This document shows, one piece after another, positions 49,814-62,683 of a stretch of DNA of 64,000 nt. Source of the stretch: Peribolospora baueri (taxonomy: Eukaryota); the NCBI GenBank assembly GCA_029717555.1, contig JAMDHS010000097.1:1-64000 (forward strand). The letters run 5' to 3'. Within the stretch, counting starts at the first letter, position 1. Each line of letters starts with the position of its first letter. Both the position numbers and the translations under genes were made by a program. The notes under the pieces are model-generated. The model was not told where the DNA came from. It saw only the letters and a list, made by a program, of their open reading frames with translations, and searched no databases.

Positions 49814-52027
49814 CTAGCAGTGAAACCCAGAAGGCACGTAGTTGCACGAGGAAGAGTTGGACGAGCCGGAGATGCGAACGTCTTGGAAATGCCAGTCGGA
49901 GCAGGATCCGTTACCGCAGAGGATGTAATAGTCCAGGGCGGACTCTTGGACGGTGCCGACGACGTTGGAGAGAGTCAGGTCCGTGATGAGTACGCCAGAG
50001 GTTGGAGTCTGGCATACGTTGAGATGGTAATTGGCCTTTAGCTTTGGACGGCGCACCCTCTGTCGGAAGATCTTGGAAGGGAGAGGACTATTCTACTCAC
50101 TCCAGTCGGTCCACCGTTCAGGTAGTCCTGCTGGACGTCCAAGCCGTACCCGCTGATTCCGCTCAGGCTGATCCCTAAGTAGAAGAAACGGAGAAGCGAA
50201 GCCAACAAACGAGGAAGGGAGGGGAAGGTGCGTGAGATCTCTCTTAAGTGCCACTGCACTCTTGAACAGTGCCGTCGCGGAGCGCACCGCTGTAGGTTAC
50301 GTTCGTGATCAACCCGGTCGTGTTGTAGTTCGTCTTGATTCGAACTCCATTCAGCGAATTAACCACCTTGTCGAAGAAATGGGAAAGGACAAAATGAAAC
50401 GCGGCTTTGAGGCGTGGTCGACTCGTTTCGGAGCATCCGACCAGGCGGGGGGACCGCTCACTTTGCTGTCTTTGATGACCACGTTTTCGACAGTGTTGTC
50501 GCTCCTGCCGCCAACTGAGCCGATGGAAAGCCCGTGGCCTCCAGAGCAGCTTGGAAGGGTTGGTCCGGAGGAAAAGATGAGATTGATTCTACGACATCCG
50601 TCGAGCTGATGTGGCGCCGCCACAAGACTTACTACCCGCCTGAAGGGAGGCGAGGCCGAGTGAAGCCAGAGTGATTATAACGGTCATTCCTCTCTTCTCT
50701 TCCTGATGTGCCCGAACTATGATCATCTCTCACCCTCGAAGACGAGGCCTGAAACCGAGTTGATAGCCAAGCAATCATCCTGGTCGGAACGCGAACGAGG
50801 CCGTCAGAGCCTTGGAAGCGCCGGCTGAAGGGACAAGTTTGTTTGTTCCAGCAGGAGCGCGAATGGGACGTAAGACTCGCACCTGATTGTGAACCTGCGA
50901 GCGAGCGACGGCGTACGAGTACGAATATACCCGCATCAGCCTAGGTCTCGACGGATGACGAACGGTTCCCAACTCACGGTGGCCCCGGAGATCGTCACGT
51001 CGGTGGAGCTGGAGACGTCAAACGCGTCCGTGCTGGAGGAAGAAAGGGTTCGCAGTCGAGGCGAACGTGAGGCCAGCCAAGTGGAGCGTCCAAACGCGAC
51101 TTGGCAAGAAGGGAGAGGAGGGAGGGAGCCGATCGCTGACTTACTTGTGTCCGAGCTTGTTCACGTCTCCGGCCTGACAAGGTTGGGAAGCAAGTGATAG
51201 GGGATTCAGACCGGAAGCGCTCGATGCTTTGCTTGAGGCGCTGGTCTAGCTTACCGAATCGTTGACGACAACGTTGGACAGCTTGATGCCCGTCGCGCCG
51301 CTGATGGAAAACACCTATGAACGCGATGAAAAGTGGAGTGACGGTCATCTACGAGCAATTGGGAAAACAGAAAGAAGATCTCTCCTCCGCAAGTCTTGGA
51401 AGCGCATGAAAGGCAGAGCAGAGAGAAAGAGAGAGGGAGAGAAAGAGCTCAACTTGAACGGGCGAGTTGACGATGTAGAGACCATCGATGGTGGAGTCGG
51501 TCATGTCATGGGCGTATACAAACTTTGGTTTCTTCTTTCCACCGTTGCCTCCCTGAAGGAGGAGGAGACGAGACGAAGAGAGGGGGCCGTTCAAGCGTCG
51601 GACCGAACGGACGGACGGCGTCGACGGACTGAAGTTTTATCTATCAAGCGGCCGCCGAACGCGCCTCACTCACCAATCCGTCCCAGTACAGCGGGCCCTG
51701 GCCGTCCAACTTGCTTCCCGCTGCGCCCTTGACATGTACGTCTCCGCCTTTAAACTGGACCAGCGGGCCGGTCCACTCCTGGTATCCGAAAGTGGTGGTG
51801 CCTTGGAACGTGATCGTCGTCCCGTTGCGCACGCTGCTGAAATCGAGCGTAGAGCCCGCGGGGACGCTCATGTTGAAGACGGTGATCGAAGTGCAGTTGG
51901 CGACGGCCGCGGGCACCTGTGTGAAGTTTTTGACGGTGCATGATGGGGACGAAGCCAAAAGAGATTCTGTGCCCGCGAGGGCGAGGGGAAAGAAGGGGAG
52001 GAGAAGAGCGCTGGAGAGAGGGAGCAT
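49814..52027 (-). CDS. Secreted GH28 endopolygalacturonase
   Basis: Signal peptide; [61 protein letters not shown]. All four GH28 motifs (NTD, QDD, GHG, RIK) are present across about 11 exons. Confidence 0.95.
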
Positions 52028-53223
52028 CGCCGGTAGAAGAGATGAAAGCGGTCGAAGAGGGATGCGATAGAGCGACGAGAGGGGAGGAAGACAGGTAAAC
52101 GAGCTGCGGGGGACGAGAAAGCAGCTATTAAAAGCTTCATGAGGCGTTCCCCGTCCAGGGCGTCTAGCAAACAAGCGACTTGGGAGCTGACGACGACGAC
52201 GACGACGACGACCATCGGATCGGCCGAAGGCGAGCAGTAAGTAAGTTCCTAGACGCCGGTCCGAGCTCCGAAGGTGACAGACAGACGGACGTTGCAGCAG
52301 GCCTCGGTGGCCATCCATGCCGGGACCTGCCAGACGTGCAACGAACCATGGGGCGATCGCATTACGACGTCTCAAGGGAGCGAAGGCGCTCCTGCTGATC
52401 CAGATGGACGCCAGACGGACGAACGAACGAGACGAACAAACGGAGCCAGGTTTCGGCAAGAGATCACCATCAGCCGCGGCACGGAAGGGGAGAGAGGACG
52501 TGCCGAGCAGCAAAGCGAGCGAAGGCGTGCCGTGCCGACAACGTACGGCCAAAAGTCGTCGATGAGGGACGTTGCCAGCGCCGGCCAAAGAAGAAATATT
52601 CAAAAAAGTCCATTGCAGCGGCGTAACGGGCGTAATCATCATAGTCACGTGTGGGATAGATGCGAGATGGAAGTTGTGAATCGTGCCGTCGAGACAAGTG
52701 GAAAGAAACGTGCGCGAGAGGATGAGAGTATGACCACGAGACGACGATGAGATGAGCGGTGACGATGATGAAGATATGCAGCGACAATGACAAGGACGGA
52801 GCTGAGGAAGAGGCGCGATTGGGGATCCAAGTGAAGGGTAGGACGAAAGAGCGGGAGTGGAGGTGGTTGAAGCGCACCGTGCGGCGAACCGCCAAGTCCC
52901 GCTGGTGTGCGCCGGCTCATCACCGAGATCGATACGGGTAGCCGCGCTGGCAAGAAGAGTTGACTTCAAGCCGGGTAGCGACCCCGTATGACGAGCTCGG
53001 CCAGGAGAGGCGTCCCAACCGATGTGGGTGGGAGGAAAGACAGAGATCGACGAGAATGGGGGAAAAAATGGGTAAAGTCGAAGACAACAGGGGAAAAAAA
53101 AATACGAAGAAAAAAAGACGAGACGCGACAAGGAAAAAAAAATGCCGACAACGCCCCAATACCCATGAGGGAAAAAAAGGCCAAAACTCTCCTGAAGGCG
53201 GTCGGCCATCACGTCAGGTCAGG

Positions 53224-56200
53224 TCACGTCTTGGAGAGATCCTCGACCCTCCGTTCCAGATAGGCCACGCGAGCCTCCACGGCGTTGTTCCTGATCGAGC
53301 TCTCGAGGAGCGACTTGTGCAGTCCTACGAGCTCGGTTTGAAGTCGAACGATTTCGGCTGCGAACGGAAGGAAGGGCACGATGGGAAAAAAAAAAAAAGG
53401 GCGACGAGTCGGTTGAGTCAACGACGAACATCCCCCACCACCCACACTTGAAACGAGACCGCGGAAACGAGACCGCGGGAGAAAGAAAGACAGTCAAGCC
53501 AGCAGCCCACCTGAACGATCCGAGTGGTTCTGCTCAAAGGCAAAAAACTTGTCCATCCATTGTTCGACGACGGTCTCGTTCATGAGCGTGGTGCCGTTGC
53601 TGTCCTTGCGTACCGCGTGCGCGTGCCCAGGCCTCTCCGCCGTCGTCGTTCCCCCACCGGGAGCCGTGGCTGAAGGGTTGCCCGGCGCACCGACACCGGC
53701 ACTGTCAGGAAGCACTGGCACTGGCACGGGAGGAGGGCTCGATACGAGCGGCGGCACACCGGACGGGAGAGGCTGTAGTGGCTCGTTCGGAGGCCGTGCC
53801 GCCTGGCCCGGAGTGCGAGTGTCCATGTCGCGGCTGGTAAGCGGATAGGGCTTATCGGGACCGAAACCGCTGGCGGACGAGCTGTTGATGTGAGGGTTGC
53901 CGCTGGGACGGACATTCTGGCTGAGGATCGAAGTGATCTCGGTTCTTGTCACTTTGGTGATGATGGATCCTGCATAGGCATGACGACGGTGACGGCGGCG
54001 AGTCAGTCAGCCATCCCCACATGAACCGGGCCAGCAGCGACGCGAGACATTAGGTACTCACCAGACACGCGTTTGCCGGACCTTCGAGCTTTAAGCAGCT
54101 CCTCGAGCTTGGAGCGCAGGGCAACAAAGAGGAGCAGCCGTGGATTGAGGCGTAGCAACTTTTGCACCTCATCCTGCCCACAACGAAAGCGTACGAAATG
54201 ACGACGTCAGGGGGCGAGCACTTGCCGGAGAAGAACGGAGGGGCGGTGGCTCACCGGATATTTAGACAAGAGTTGCTCGATGCCTTTCATGCCGTCCACA
54301 TCTTCCTTCTTGAGCAAATTGTAGACGTACTCTTCCTTGGCTGTCAACTCGTTCGATCCTCTCGCGCCTCCTCCGCCTCCTCTCAAACCGCCCTCTGTTC
54401 CACTCGCCACGCCAGTACCGGCTCTGGATGCCTTCCTCCGACCCTCTCGCACACCCACACCCACACCCACACCCACACCCACACCCACACCTCCGGCCAA
54501 GGCCTCCTTCAACAATTCTTCCAAGACGCGCTCCGCCTCACGATGTGCGTTGTGTTCCATCTGGCTCATCGTCGCCTTGACCAGCGCTTCCTCCCCGCCT
54601 TTCGCTTCGGGCTTATCCTCCTCGAAAAGGTCATCGGCCGCTTCAGCGCGATCCCGAGGAACGGGGACTTCCTGCTGCTGCTGCTGCTGCTGAAGAGGCG
54701 TGTGGAGATCGACAGGCGAAAGCGGCGGAGGCGTCCCGGGCATGTGAGCAGGGTCGGCGTCGGCGTCCTCGTGAGGCTGCAATGCGGCCCTCCAGCGGTG
54801 GATGTCGGTGGGATCAGTGGAGCAGGTGAGCGAGGACAATCCGCCGCCGGTCTGTTCCGCCTTTCGAGTCGCCGCCGCCGCCGCCGCCGCCGCCTCGTCT
54901 TCGTTGCCGTGCTCTCCTTTTTCCTCTTCCGGGATCATCAGTTCGTCCGCCTCCATCTCCGCTTCCCTCATCCGTTCTCTCCGTTCAAGATCCTCCGCAT
55001 CCAGCGCCGTATCCACGCCAAACCGGCGGAAGATGGTGCTAGCCCCTTCACTCCAAACGCGACTATGAAGTGTGCCAAACTTGCCGACGACGCTATTGTG
55101 GGCTTGTGGGTGGGCGCGTTGGGGCACAGGCGTGCCGAAACGGGGGAGGATGAGCTCGCCTTCCGAGTCTAACGGGGCGTCGGAGAAGCTACGGCGCCAC
55201 GCGCGGACGTGGCGGTCGCCGTCGCCGCCGCCGTCGGAGGGGAAACCCTTTCCGAGCGATTCGATGGGACTCTGCAGCTTGTCAGCGCCTTCCAATCCCG
55301 CTCGTCCGCCTCCGCCACCACCACCACCACCACCGCCGCCGTCTCGGAACTGGAGGAGATGCAAAGCCTTGCGAATGCGCAGGGACGTCTCGCGCGAAGG
55401 TGGTCCACTGCTATCCGTCGCCTCCATGATCGCCCTCGCAGCATCAGCCATGACGGCCTTGCGCTCCGCCGAGCTCGGCACCCTCGGTCGGGCTTCCCTG
55501 CCGACGCTCTCGCGCCCGCTCGCCGCCTTCTTACCGGTGACGGCGGCGTCGATGGCGGTGGTGGTGGTGGCGGCGGCGGCGGCAGCGGGACGAACGTCAT
55601 CCTTGGGGAGCGCCCTCGAGTCTTTGCGCGCGGCAAAGGGCAGGATGGGGGGACTGAGGGGACGCTTGACAGGCTGCTGCTGCTGTGCCTCGACATGTGG
55701 ATGTGGCTGCTGCTGCCTCTTCGGCGGTGGTTGCGCTTGCGCTTGCGTCATCATGAGCGCGATGCTGGGCTTGGTGTTGTCAGCCGACGTTTGCGGCGAC
55801 GTGAGCGGCATGACCGCGGTATCTCTCTGGACCGCCGCCCCCGCCGCGGCCCCGATGAGGTCCTCATCGCTCGTGTCCGGCTTGAGCACCCGTCCACTCA
55901 AATGAGCAGACGGACTTGGCATCTTTCCCGTCCCGATCCTAGGCACGTTATCCACAACGACTCCCATCTTATCGTCCGGCGTCGGCGTCCTCGGACGCGG
56001 ACGACCGTCTTGGACAACAGCCTTCGCCTCCACTCCTTCTTCCTCGTCCATCTCTTCGTGCTCCTCAAGGTTCTGCACCGCAGCCGCAGCCGCGGCCGAT
56101 CTCATCGCGGCAATCCTCAACGCGGTCACGTCCCAGCTGTTGGGGCGGGACTCGGTGTCCGGAGAGAATCGGCTGGCGAGGTACGACGTCGTCGGGTCTC

Positions 56201-59200
56201 GAGCACGGTGGCTGTCGCGCGGGCTCGAGTTGCGGCGGCGGCGGCGGTTGTTGCGTCGCTCGTGACGGTGCTTTGCGGGACCCTCCACCGGCTCGGAGGG
56301 CGAGCCGACGACCGAGCTGAGTACGCTAAGCTCGCCGTGGTCGCTCTCGACGTCGACGTCGGGGTCTGGCGGCCAATAGGGATGATCGTGATCGTGATCG
56401 TGCTCCTCGTCGTGATTCCCGGAAAGTGGTGGTGGTGGTAGGGGCGGCGACGACGACAAGGTCCGATTCAGCGTAGCCGCGTGCCCTGGCTCTCCGCCCT
56501 GCTTGAGCGCTTTCCTCACCGCCTTCTTGACGCGGCTAAGCTCCGAGAGCGTCTCGAGATGTTTTACGAGCTCCTCTGGCGAAGGCGGGGCCGTGCGCTT
56601 GGACTCGTCTTTTCCCTCCTCCTCCTCCTCCTTCTCTTCCTCCTCCTCCTCCTCCTTGATCTCGCGCCTGTCCCCGGCAGAAGGCGTCGCCCGACCACCA
56701 GCGCGCATCTGAGCCACCATCTCCTTGACGAGCTTCTCCTGCACAGTCTTAGGCCTCCCTCGCAATCCTCCTACCAACGCAGCCGCCGCCTGGGCCCTCT
56801 TCTTATCCATCGGCGAGAGCATGACGGGCGCGCCACCGCCGACGCCGACACCGATGCTGGAGGTGAGCGTCGAATCGCGCGCGATGGCCATGATGGTAGA
56901 CGTCATGAGCGAATCGCGCGGACTAGACTCGTCAGGGATGCTAGGCGTATTGTCAAAGAAGCTTCTGTCCTTCCTGCCCGACAAGAAGCCGGTCCGGTCG
57001 ACGTCGACGGGATGGACGCCGGCATCGTCGAGGATGAAATCGAGCACTTCGGCCCTGCCATCGTCCTCGTCGCTGTCGCCGTCGTGGCCTGACGAGTCTC
57101 GAACCTCTGCCGCCGCCGCTGCTGATGTGGGACCGAGGACAGGCGATCCCAATGGCGTCGACTCCTTGGACGGCAATGGATGAGACGAGTTACGGACCCC
57201 GTGTGCCTCCGCTCGGTATGGGTGACTGTTCAAGATGACCTCTGGCAAGGGCGTGGGCGTGAGTTGGGACATCGGCGCCGTCGTCGGTAGATGTGCCGCC
57301 GGCCCATCATCGACGCCGCCGCTGCCGCCGCCGCCGCCGATCTCCTGACGACCTCGATCGAGTTCGGACGGTGGCGGGGCCATGAGGCGTTCATGATGTA
57401 ATCGCTGATCCAGCGGCGAATCCGCGCCAGCCAGGACGCCAACCTTAACGTCCCTGACCAACCTCGGTCCGGCGAGCGAAGCGGCGAGGTAGGTAGCTTC
57501 CTTGAGCAAGGCACCGAGACCGTGGGTGTTATGCTCGGGAGAGAGGGGCGCCTTGTCGAAGGGAATGCCAAAGGTGGGCAGTCGGGCCAGTCGAACTGCC
57601 GTTCCTGGATCCATCACGCCCCGTTCGACGACGGCCACGTGGAGGGGGGCGCAGTCCGGCTTGGGCGGGCCCTTGGGCGGTGGCGGGTCCTTGACGAGGA
57701 CTTGAGGCGGCGCCGGGGGGACCTTCAAGTCCAAGATAGGCGACGAAGGGGTCGCAGCGTTCGCGTTCGCCATCGCGGTCGCATCCGGAGCCGACGCAGA
57801 AGTGGGCAAACGGCCGTCTGCGGACCTCCTGGCTTCCTTTGATTTCATGTCTGCGGGACCGAGACCGAGACTGAGGGAGTCGGGGATACGGCCGGAAAGA
57901 GAGCGAGAGTGGCTACGCCCCCACGATTTGGCGCGGGAGACGGTGGCTTTGGGGCCGGAGAAGAGGACGTTCCTGAGTTGCTTTCTGAGCTCGTCGTGAC
58001 CTGCGCGGCTGATCGTCGACGACTCTCGCTCGTTCTCCGTCGGCGCCGAGGATAGGCCGGGAGGGGGTCGAGGAGGAGGGGCCAAGGGCGGCAACTGCCT
58101 CGCGATAGCCTCGGCCCTGGCACGCTTAGAAGGCTTGGAGGGAGGCGGCGGGTCAGCGGGCGCGGGAGTTGGATCAGGCGCGGGCGCGGGCGCGAGTGTA
58201 GACTCAGGCGCGGGCGTAGGCTCAGGCCTAGGCTCAGGCGCAGGCGAAGGGGCAGCCGCCGCCGGAGCGTCGTCGGCGATGGTCGCCGGAGCAGGAGCAG
58301 ATGTGGGGCCCGCTTCGACGTCCGGTGGGGGAACGGGTGGGGCCGGAGGAGCATCGGGCGGGGCATCCCTGACGGAGGGGGGATCGGAGGCGGCGGAGAC
58401 GACGATGGAAGGCATCTCCGGTTCGACAGAGATGCGCCCCATGTCGTCGCGCTCGACCGAGCTGGGCGGACTGATGCGCTTGCCCCACTCCCGCACCTTG
58501 TCCTCGCTATCTCGCCTGAGCTGCCTCCACTCGAACTGGGTCATGTCCGGCGGTGGGCCGTTGTCCTCCCCAACGACGCGATCGCGAATCGTCTCCACCA
58601 TGTTGTCGGGTCGGCGCTGGTTGCGGGAGACAGCTGGCGAGCGTTGGGGACCACCGGCGCCGGCAGAGCGAGGCGCGGCTGGAGAAGTGTGGGCGGCCTG
58701 AACGGCTTCGACACCGCAGTGATAAGAGCGGAAACCGGGATCGAACGTCGACGGGTGGCGGAAGGTTTCCTCCAAGGTCTGACCGCCGAGCGAAGAAGGC
58801 GGTCGCTGTGCCGGCGGCGGCGGCCCACGCGGCGGGGGGGCAGAAGGCGGCCGGGCGGCGGGGGAAGGGCCTCGAGGGGAGAAGGGGATAGACGCGGAAT
58901 GCTCCTCGTCGGGGGAGCCGTTGGAAGGGGAGAGCTGGAGGGGATATGATATGAAAATGAAAGATGGACGGGTGAGCCAGGCACCGACTAAGGTGGATCA
59001 GGGACGCGCACACGTGGAGCGGATCGATCGATTGATTGAATTGAATTGAATTGAATTGGATCGGCGGCCGGTGGTCACTCACCATTGCAGGCGTGTTGCC
59101 GCCGCCGGGAGTAGGCGCAGTGATGACGACACGGGGGCCAGCAGCGGTGCTCGACGGCGGGCTGACGGTGCCGCCGGAGAAACTGTCGCGGTGAGGGTCG

Positions 59201-59874
59201 GCGGCGCCACCACCACCGCCACCGCCGCCAGGGGGCAACGGGCCTCCGCGGTTTGGCGGCGACCAGTTCGGGTGGCGGTCGCCCGGGGGAGGGGGCGAGT
59301 CGGGCGGGGGGGGGTGGATGGCGGAGAACATGCGGGGGTTGCCGCGAAGGGCGTAGCCGATGAGGTCAGCCGACGAGGGCGCGCCGGGCGGAGGCCCACG
59401 ACGAGACGAGGAAGGTGCGTTGTAGGGCGTGTAAGGTGGCGAGGGCGCGAAGCCGGGTGGGAACGCATACGGCGAGCCGTCATAGGGGGCCCAATGGCCG
59501 GGAGGCGGCGCACGTCCGGGAAAGGAGGGCGAGGGTTGACTGGGAAAGGAAGACGAGGGTTGACCGGGAAAGGAAGGCGAGGGCTGTCTGGCAAAGGCGG
59601 GGGCGGAGGTCGGGACGGGGATGGCGTCGTCGGACGGGCGCGTAACAGGGAACCGTCGCTCGTCCGGGTCGCGGGGCGGGGGGAAGCGCTTGGGCGGGCC
59701 GGGCGGCTTGGGCGGTTTGGGTGTCTTGGGCGACTTGGAAGCAAAGCTCCAGCCGCTGGGGGACTTTACGTCAGCCTCGGGAGGGCGTGGGAAGTTCCTG
59801 TCTGGATAGACGGTGCGGGAGTAGCCGCCGTCGTTGCTGAGCATGTTCTTGAGCGCGGCGAGCTTGGCAGCCAT
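53224..59874 (-). CDS. Very large (~2,050 aa) Pro/Ser/Ala-rich low-complexity protein with C-terminal coiled coil; function unknown
   Basis: Exon 59874-59083 splices in frame into a 4.7-kb open exon (the 1522-aa ORF). Three further exons follow, ending EIVRLQTELVGLHKSLLESSIRNNAVEARVAYLERRVEDLSKT*. Confidence 0.75.
54450..54491. repeat. (CACACC)n hexanucleotide microsatellite encoding a (GV)n tract
   Basis: Seen directly, in frame within the large minus-strand ORF. Confidence 0.9.
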
Positions 59875-60386
59875 GGCGGGCGAGAGCGAGGGCGACGACA
59901 CTGAGTCGGGATCGGGGTCGGTGTTGTGGTTGGGAGTCAGTGGCGACGCGTCAATGGCGGCCGTGTCGGCGATGACCGGCGGCTGGCGGCTGATGGAGAA
60001 GGAAGGGTGCGGAAGGGGGAACAACGACGGCGAGGGGCGAGCAGTGCACGCTTATAATGCCCGCACACACGCGGCCGGCGGGGGCCGATGGCGAGGGGAG
60101 CGTTGGGGCGTCGTGTGTCGGAGGTGGGCCGAACGAGAGGACAAGGACGAGACCGGTCGGTGGACACACTGGGACTGGCGGGTAGACAGATTGGGACTAC
60201 CGGTGGCTGGCTGGTGGAGGGAGAGATGGAGGAACAAGGAGCGAGGGACAAAGGACGGGCGTGGCTCGACAAGGGAAGCCTCTTCCGCCGGACTCGTTCC
60301 CAGTCGATGATCGTCCACGTCCGGCCGGACCGCGGATTGCTTTTGTAGGCTTGGGTAAGGGACGTGCGTCCGGCCTCGCCGGGTCC

Positions 60387-60434
60387 GTGGTGGTGGTGGT
60401 GGTGGTGGTGGTGGTGATGGTGGTGGTGGTGGTG

Positions 60435-60473
<39 letters not shown>
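60387..60473. repeat. Compound trinucleotide microsatellite (GTG)n(GTC)n
   Basis: Seen directly, about 500 bp upstream of the large orphan gene. Confidence 0.95.
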
Positions 60474-60475
<2 letters not shown>

Positions 60476-62683
60476 ATTCCTTTTCGTAATCGTAGTCGTA
60501 GTCAGTCGTAAGTGGTAGCAGTCGTCACCCTCACCGTCGTTGTCATCGTCGTCCCTCGTCGACAGGCAGGCGAGTGTGGGGCAGGCGCAGCGACGATAAT
60601 GACGGCCGGGCGTGGGAGCGGGTAACGTACGTACGAGGTGTGGTGGGCGGACGACCAAGGTGCGGCTCTCCACTCTGTCTGTCTGTCTTCGGACAGCCAG
60701 CGAAGGGTCGGGAGCGCGGCGAGGCAAGGCGATGAGAGGAGGCGAGACGAAACGAAACGAGACGAGCGTGGTGGTGGGTCGGCGGTGGACAGGGGAGGGA
60801 CGGAAGAAGGTACTGTAGTAGCTAGCTAGCTAGCTAACGTGGATTACGATTATGAGTGGCTAGTATTCCGGTCGCTAACCTACTAACAACGGCTGAGCAG
60901 CCGCCTCCATGCGTTCGTCCACGCAACTCTAATCGTCTCCGATCGTCGGCTATCGCAACCCATCCGTCCGTCCTGCGTCTTGCCTGCCGTCTTGCGTCTT
61001 GCGTACGCGTCCTCGATTCGATTCGATCATTCCATGCCACGCGTCCATCCATCTACCCGCTCCGCTCCGCTCGCTCACCGCGTCACTCCCCTCCCTTTCT
61101 TTCTCTTTCGCCGCTCCAGCGAGCGCGCAGTCGACGTTGCAGGGGAGCCAAGGACGACTCGGAGGGAAGAAAAAGAGAGGGGGGATGAATAGTGGGCGAG
61201 GCACAGCACAGCACAGCAGAAGCGCAGCATGCACGCAGGAAGAAAGCGCCGGTGCGAGGCGGCGGAATACCTCGTCGTCGTCGTCACCCTGCTCTCCTTC
61301 GACACGGGAAGTCGGCCGCCTGACCCCGGTTTTACTGCCAAAATGAAGGGGACGACGGCGAGAGTCCGAAAGCGAGACAGATCAGACCGACAGGACAAGT
61401 CGTCTGAGACGGAGGAGAAAAAGATAAGGGGCGGATGCGAATCCAACATAGATCGCCTGTCCTCGTTGGCCCAGATTCTAATCCGTCCACCGCACCGAAC
61501 TCCCTCGCTCGAACCTGGCTGGGATTCTAATCATCCGCTCCCTCCCCCCCGTTCCCGTCCCCGTCGGCTTCTTCTCAATTCCCCTCCTCGGGGCCGGGCC
61601 GAAGCCAAGCCAAGGTGGGAAATACAGGAACGGATGGTAGACAGACAGTTTCAAGCGGAGCGGCGGGAGGGCGATGGGCCGCGTATTTGAATTTCAAGGC
61701 GATGGCGATCGAACGAAACGCAAATGAAACGAAATGAAGCAAGGGCAGCGCTTGCTTTCTCCGCCTTTCACGTTATAAACCGCACCCTCCCCTCGCCCTC
61801 GTTTCAGTTCCCGCTGCCGCATTCTCGTCAGCGCTCCGTCTTGGACCGGCACCGCCATTGCAACTCTGCACCAAGAAGGGGAGGATGCGTGTGAACGATG
61901 CGATGATCCACGCGGGCGAGCTGGGCGCTTACGTGTCAAGACGTCCTCCGTCCAATGGCGCTGTTGAAAGACGTCGGCCCCAGCACGCCCCATGGATGTA
62001 CGTACACATACATACATACATACTACATATATGCATATATCGCTATGCTTACAAGACACCTCGATCTTATCTTCTGGAACGATCATCGGATCGATGCTGC
62101 AACGTATCCTTCAAAGGAACCTGAAAAATCCTAGAAGAGCCATCGAAAATGAAATATACCAAATGTGTGAAAACAGGCACTGTTTCGATTTTTGGAAAGG
62201 TTATATTCAAAGATGGGTTTCTTCTTCTCACCCCTCGATCTGACATCGACGCCATATCGACAGTGCGCAGAATCGTGGTACCCTGCGACGAAAATTCCAC
62301 CGCTGAAGGAACTTCTACAGGGTACATCCTTCTCAAATAGGTTTTTTGTGTGTCCATGCGAGAACCCCTGAAGGAAAAGTCTGTAGGGTTGGTGAAGACA
62401 TTAGGAGGAAAGATGCGACGCGGGGGTCCGTGCGCGCTCACGCGGATTGGACCGATCGATCCAAGGACGACGTGCGCCGCAGCAGCGCGCTTATGGGCAG
62501 GGACGTGCGAAAGTCGGGAAAGAAAATGAGGTCGACGTCGGTCCGACCGACGAGCCCACGCACGCAAGCAACTCCATCGGACCCCCGCTTCACCGGCCCC
62601 CCACTCCAGTCTTGTCGCGGTGACTGACGCCGACGAACGAAGGAAACGACGTCAGGCACGAAGCGACGACGATCGAAGGAAGG

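Noticed and set aside
51644..53212. 522-aa ORF as one protein
   Set aside because: Only the part from ATG 52027 (signal peptide plus GH28) looks coding; the upstream part reads like intergenic sequence open by chance.
54162..59904. Long plus-strand ORFs opposite the giant gene
   Set aside because: Antisense shadows expected in GC-rich coding DNA; no motifs.
62000..62400. AT-rich patch with a weak hairpin (about 62278-62326) as a MITE
   Set aside because: No clear terminal inverted repeats or target-site duplication; cannot be supported without copy-number data.
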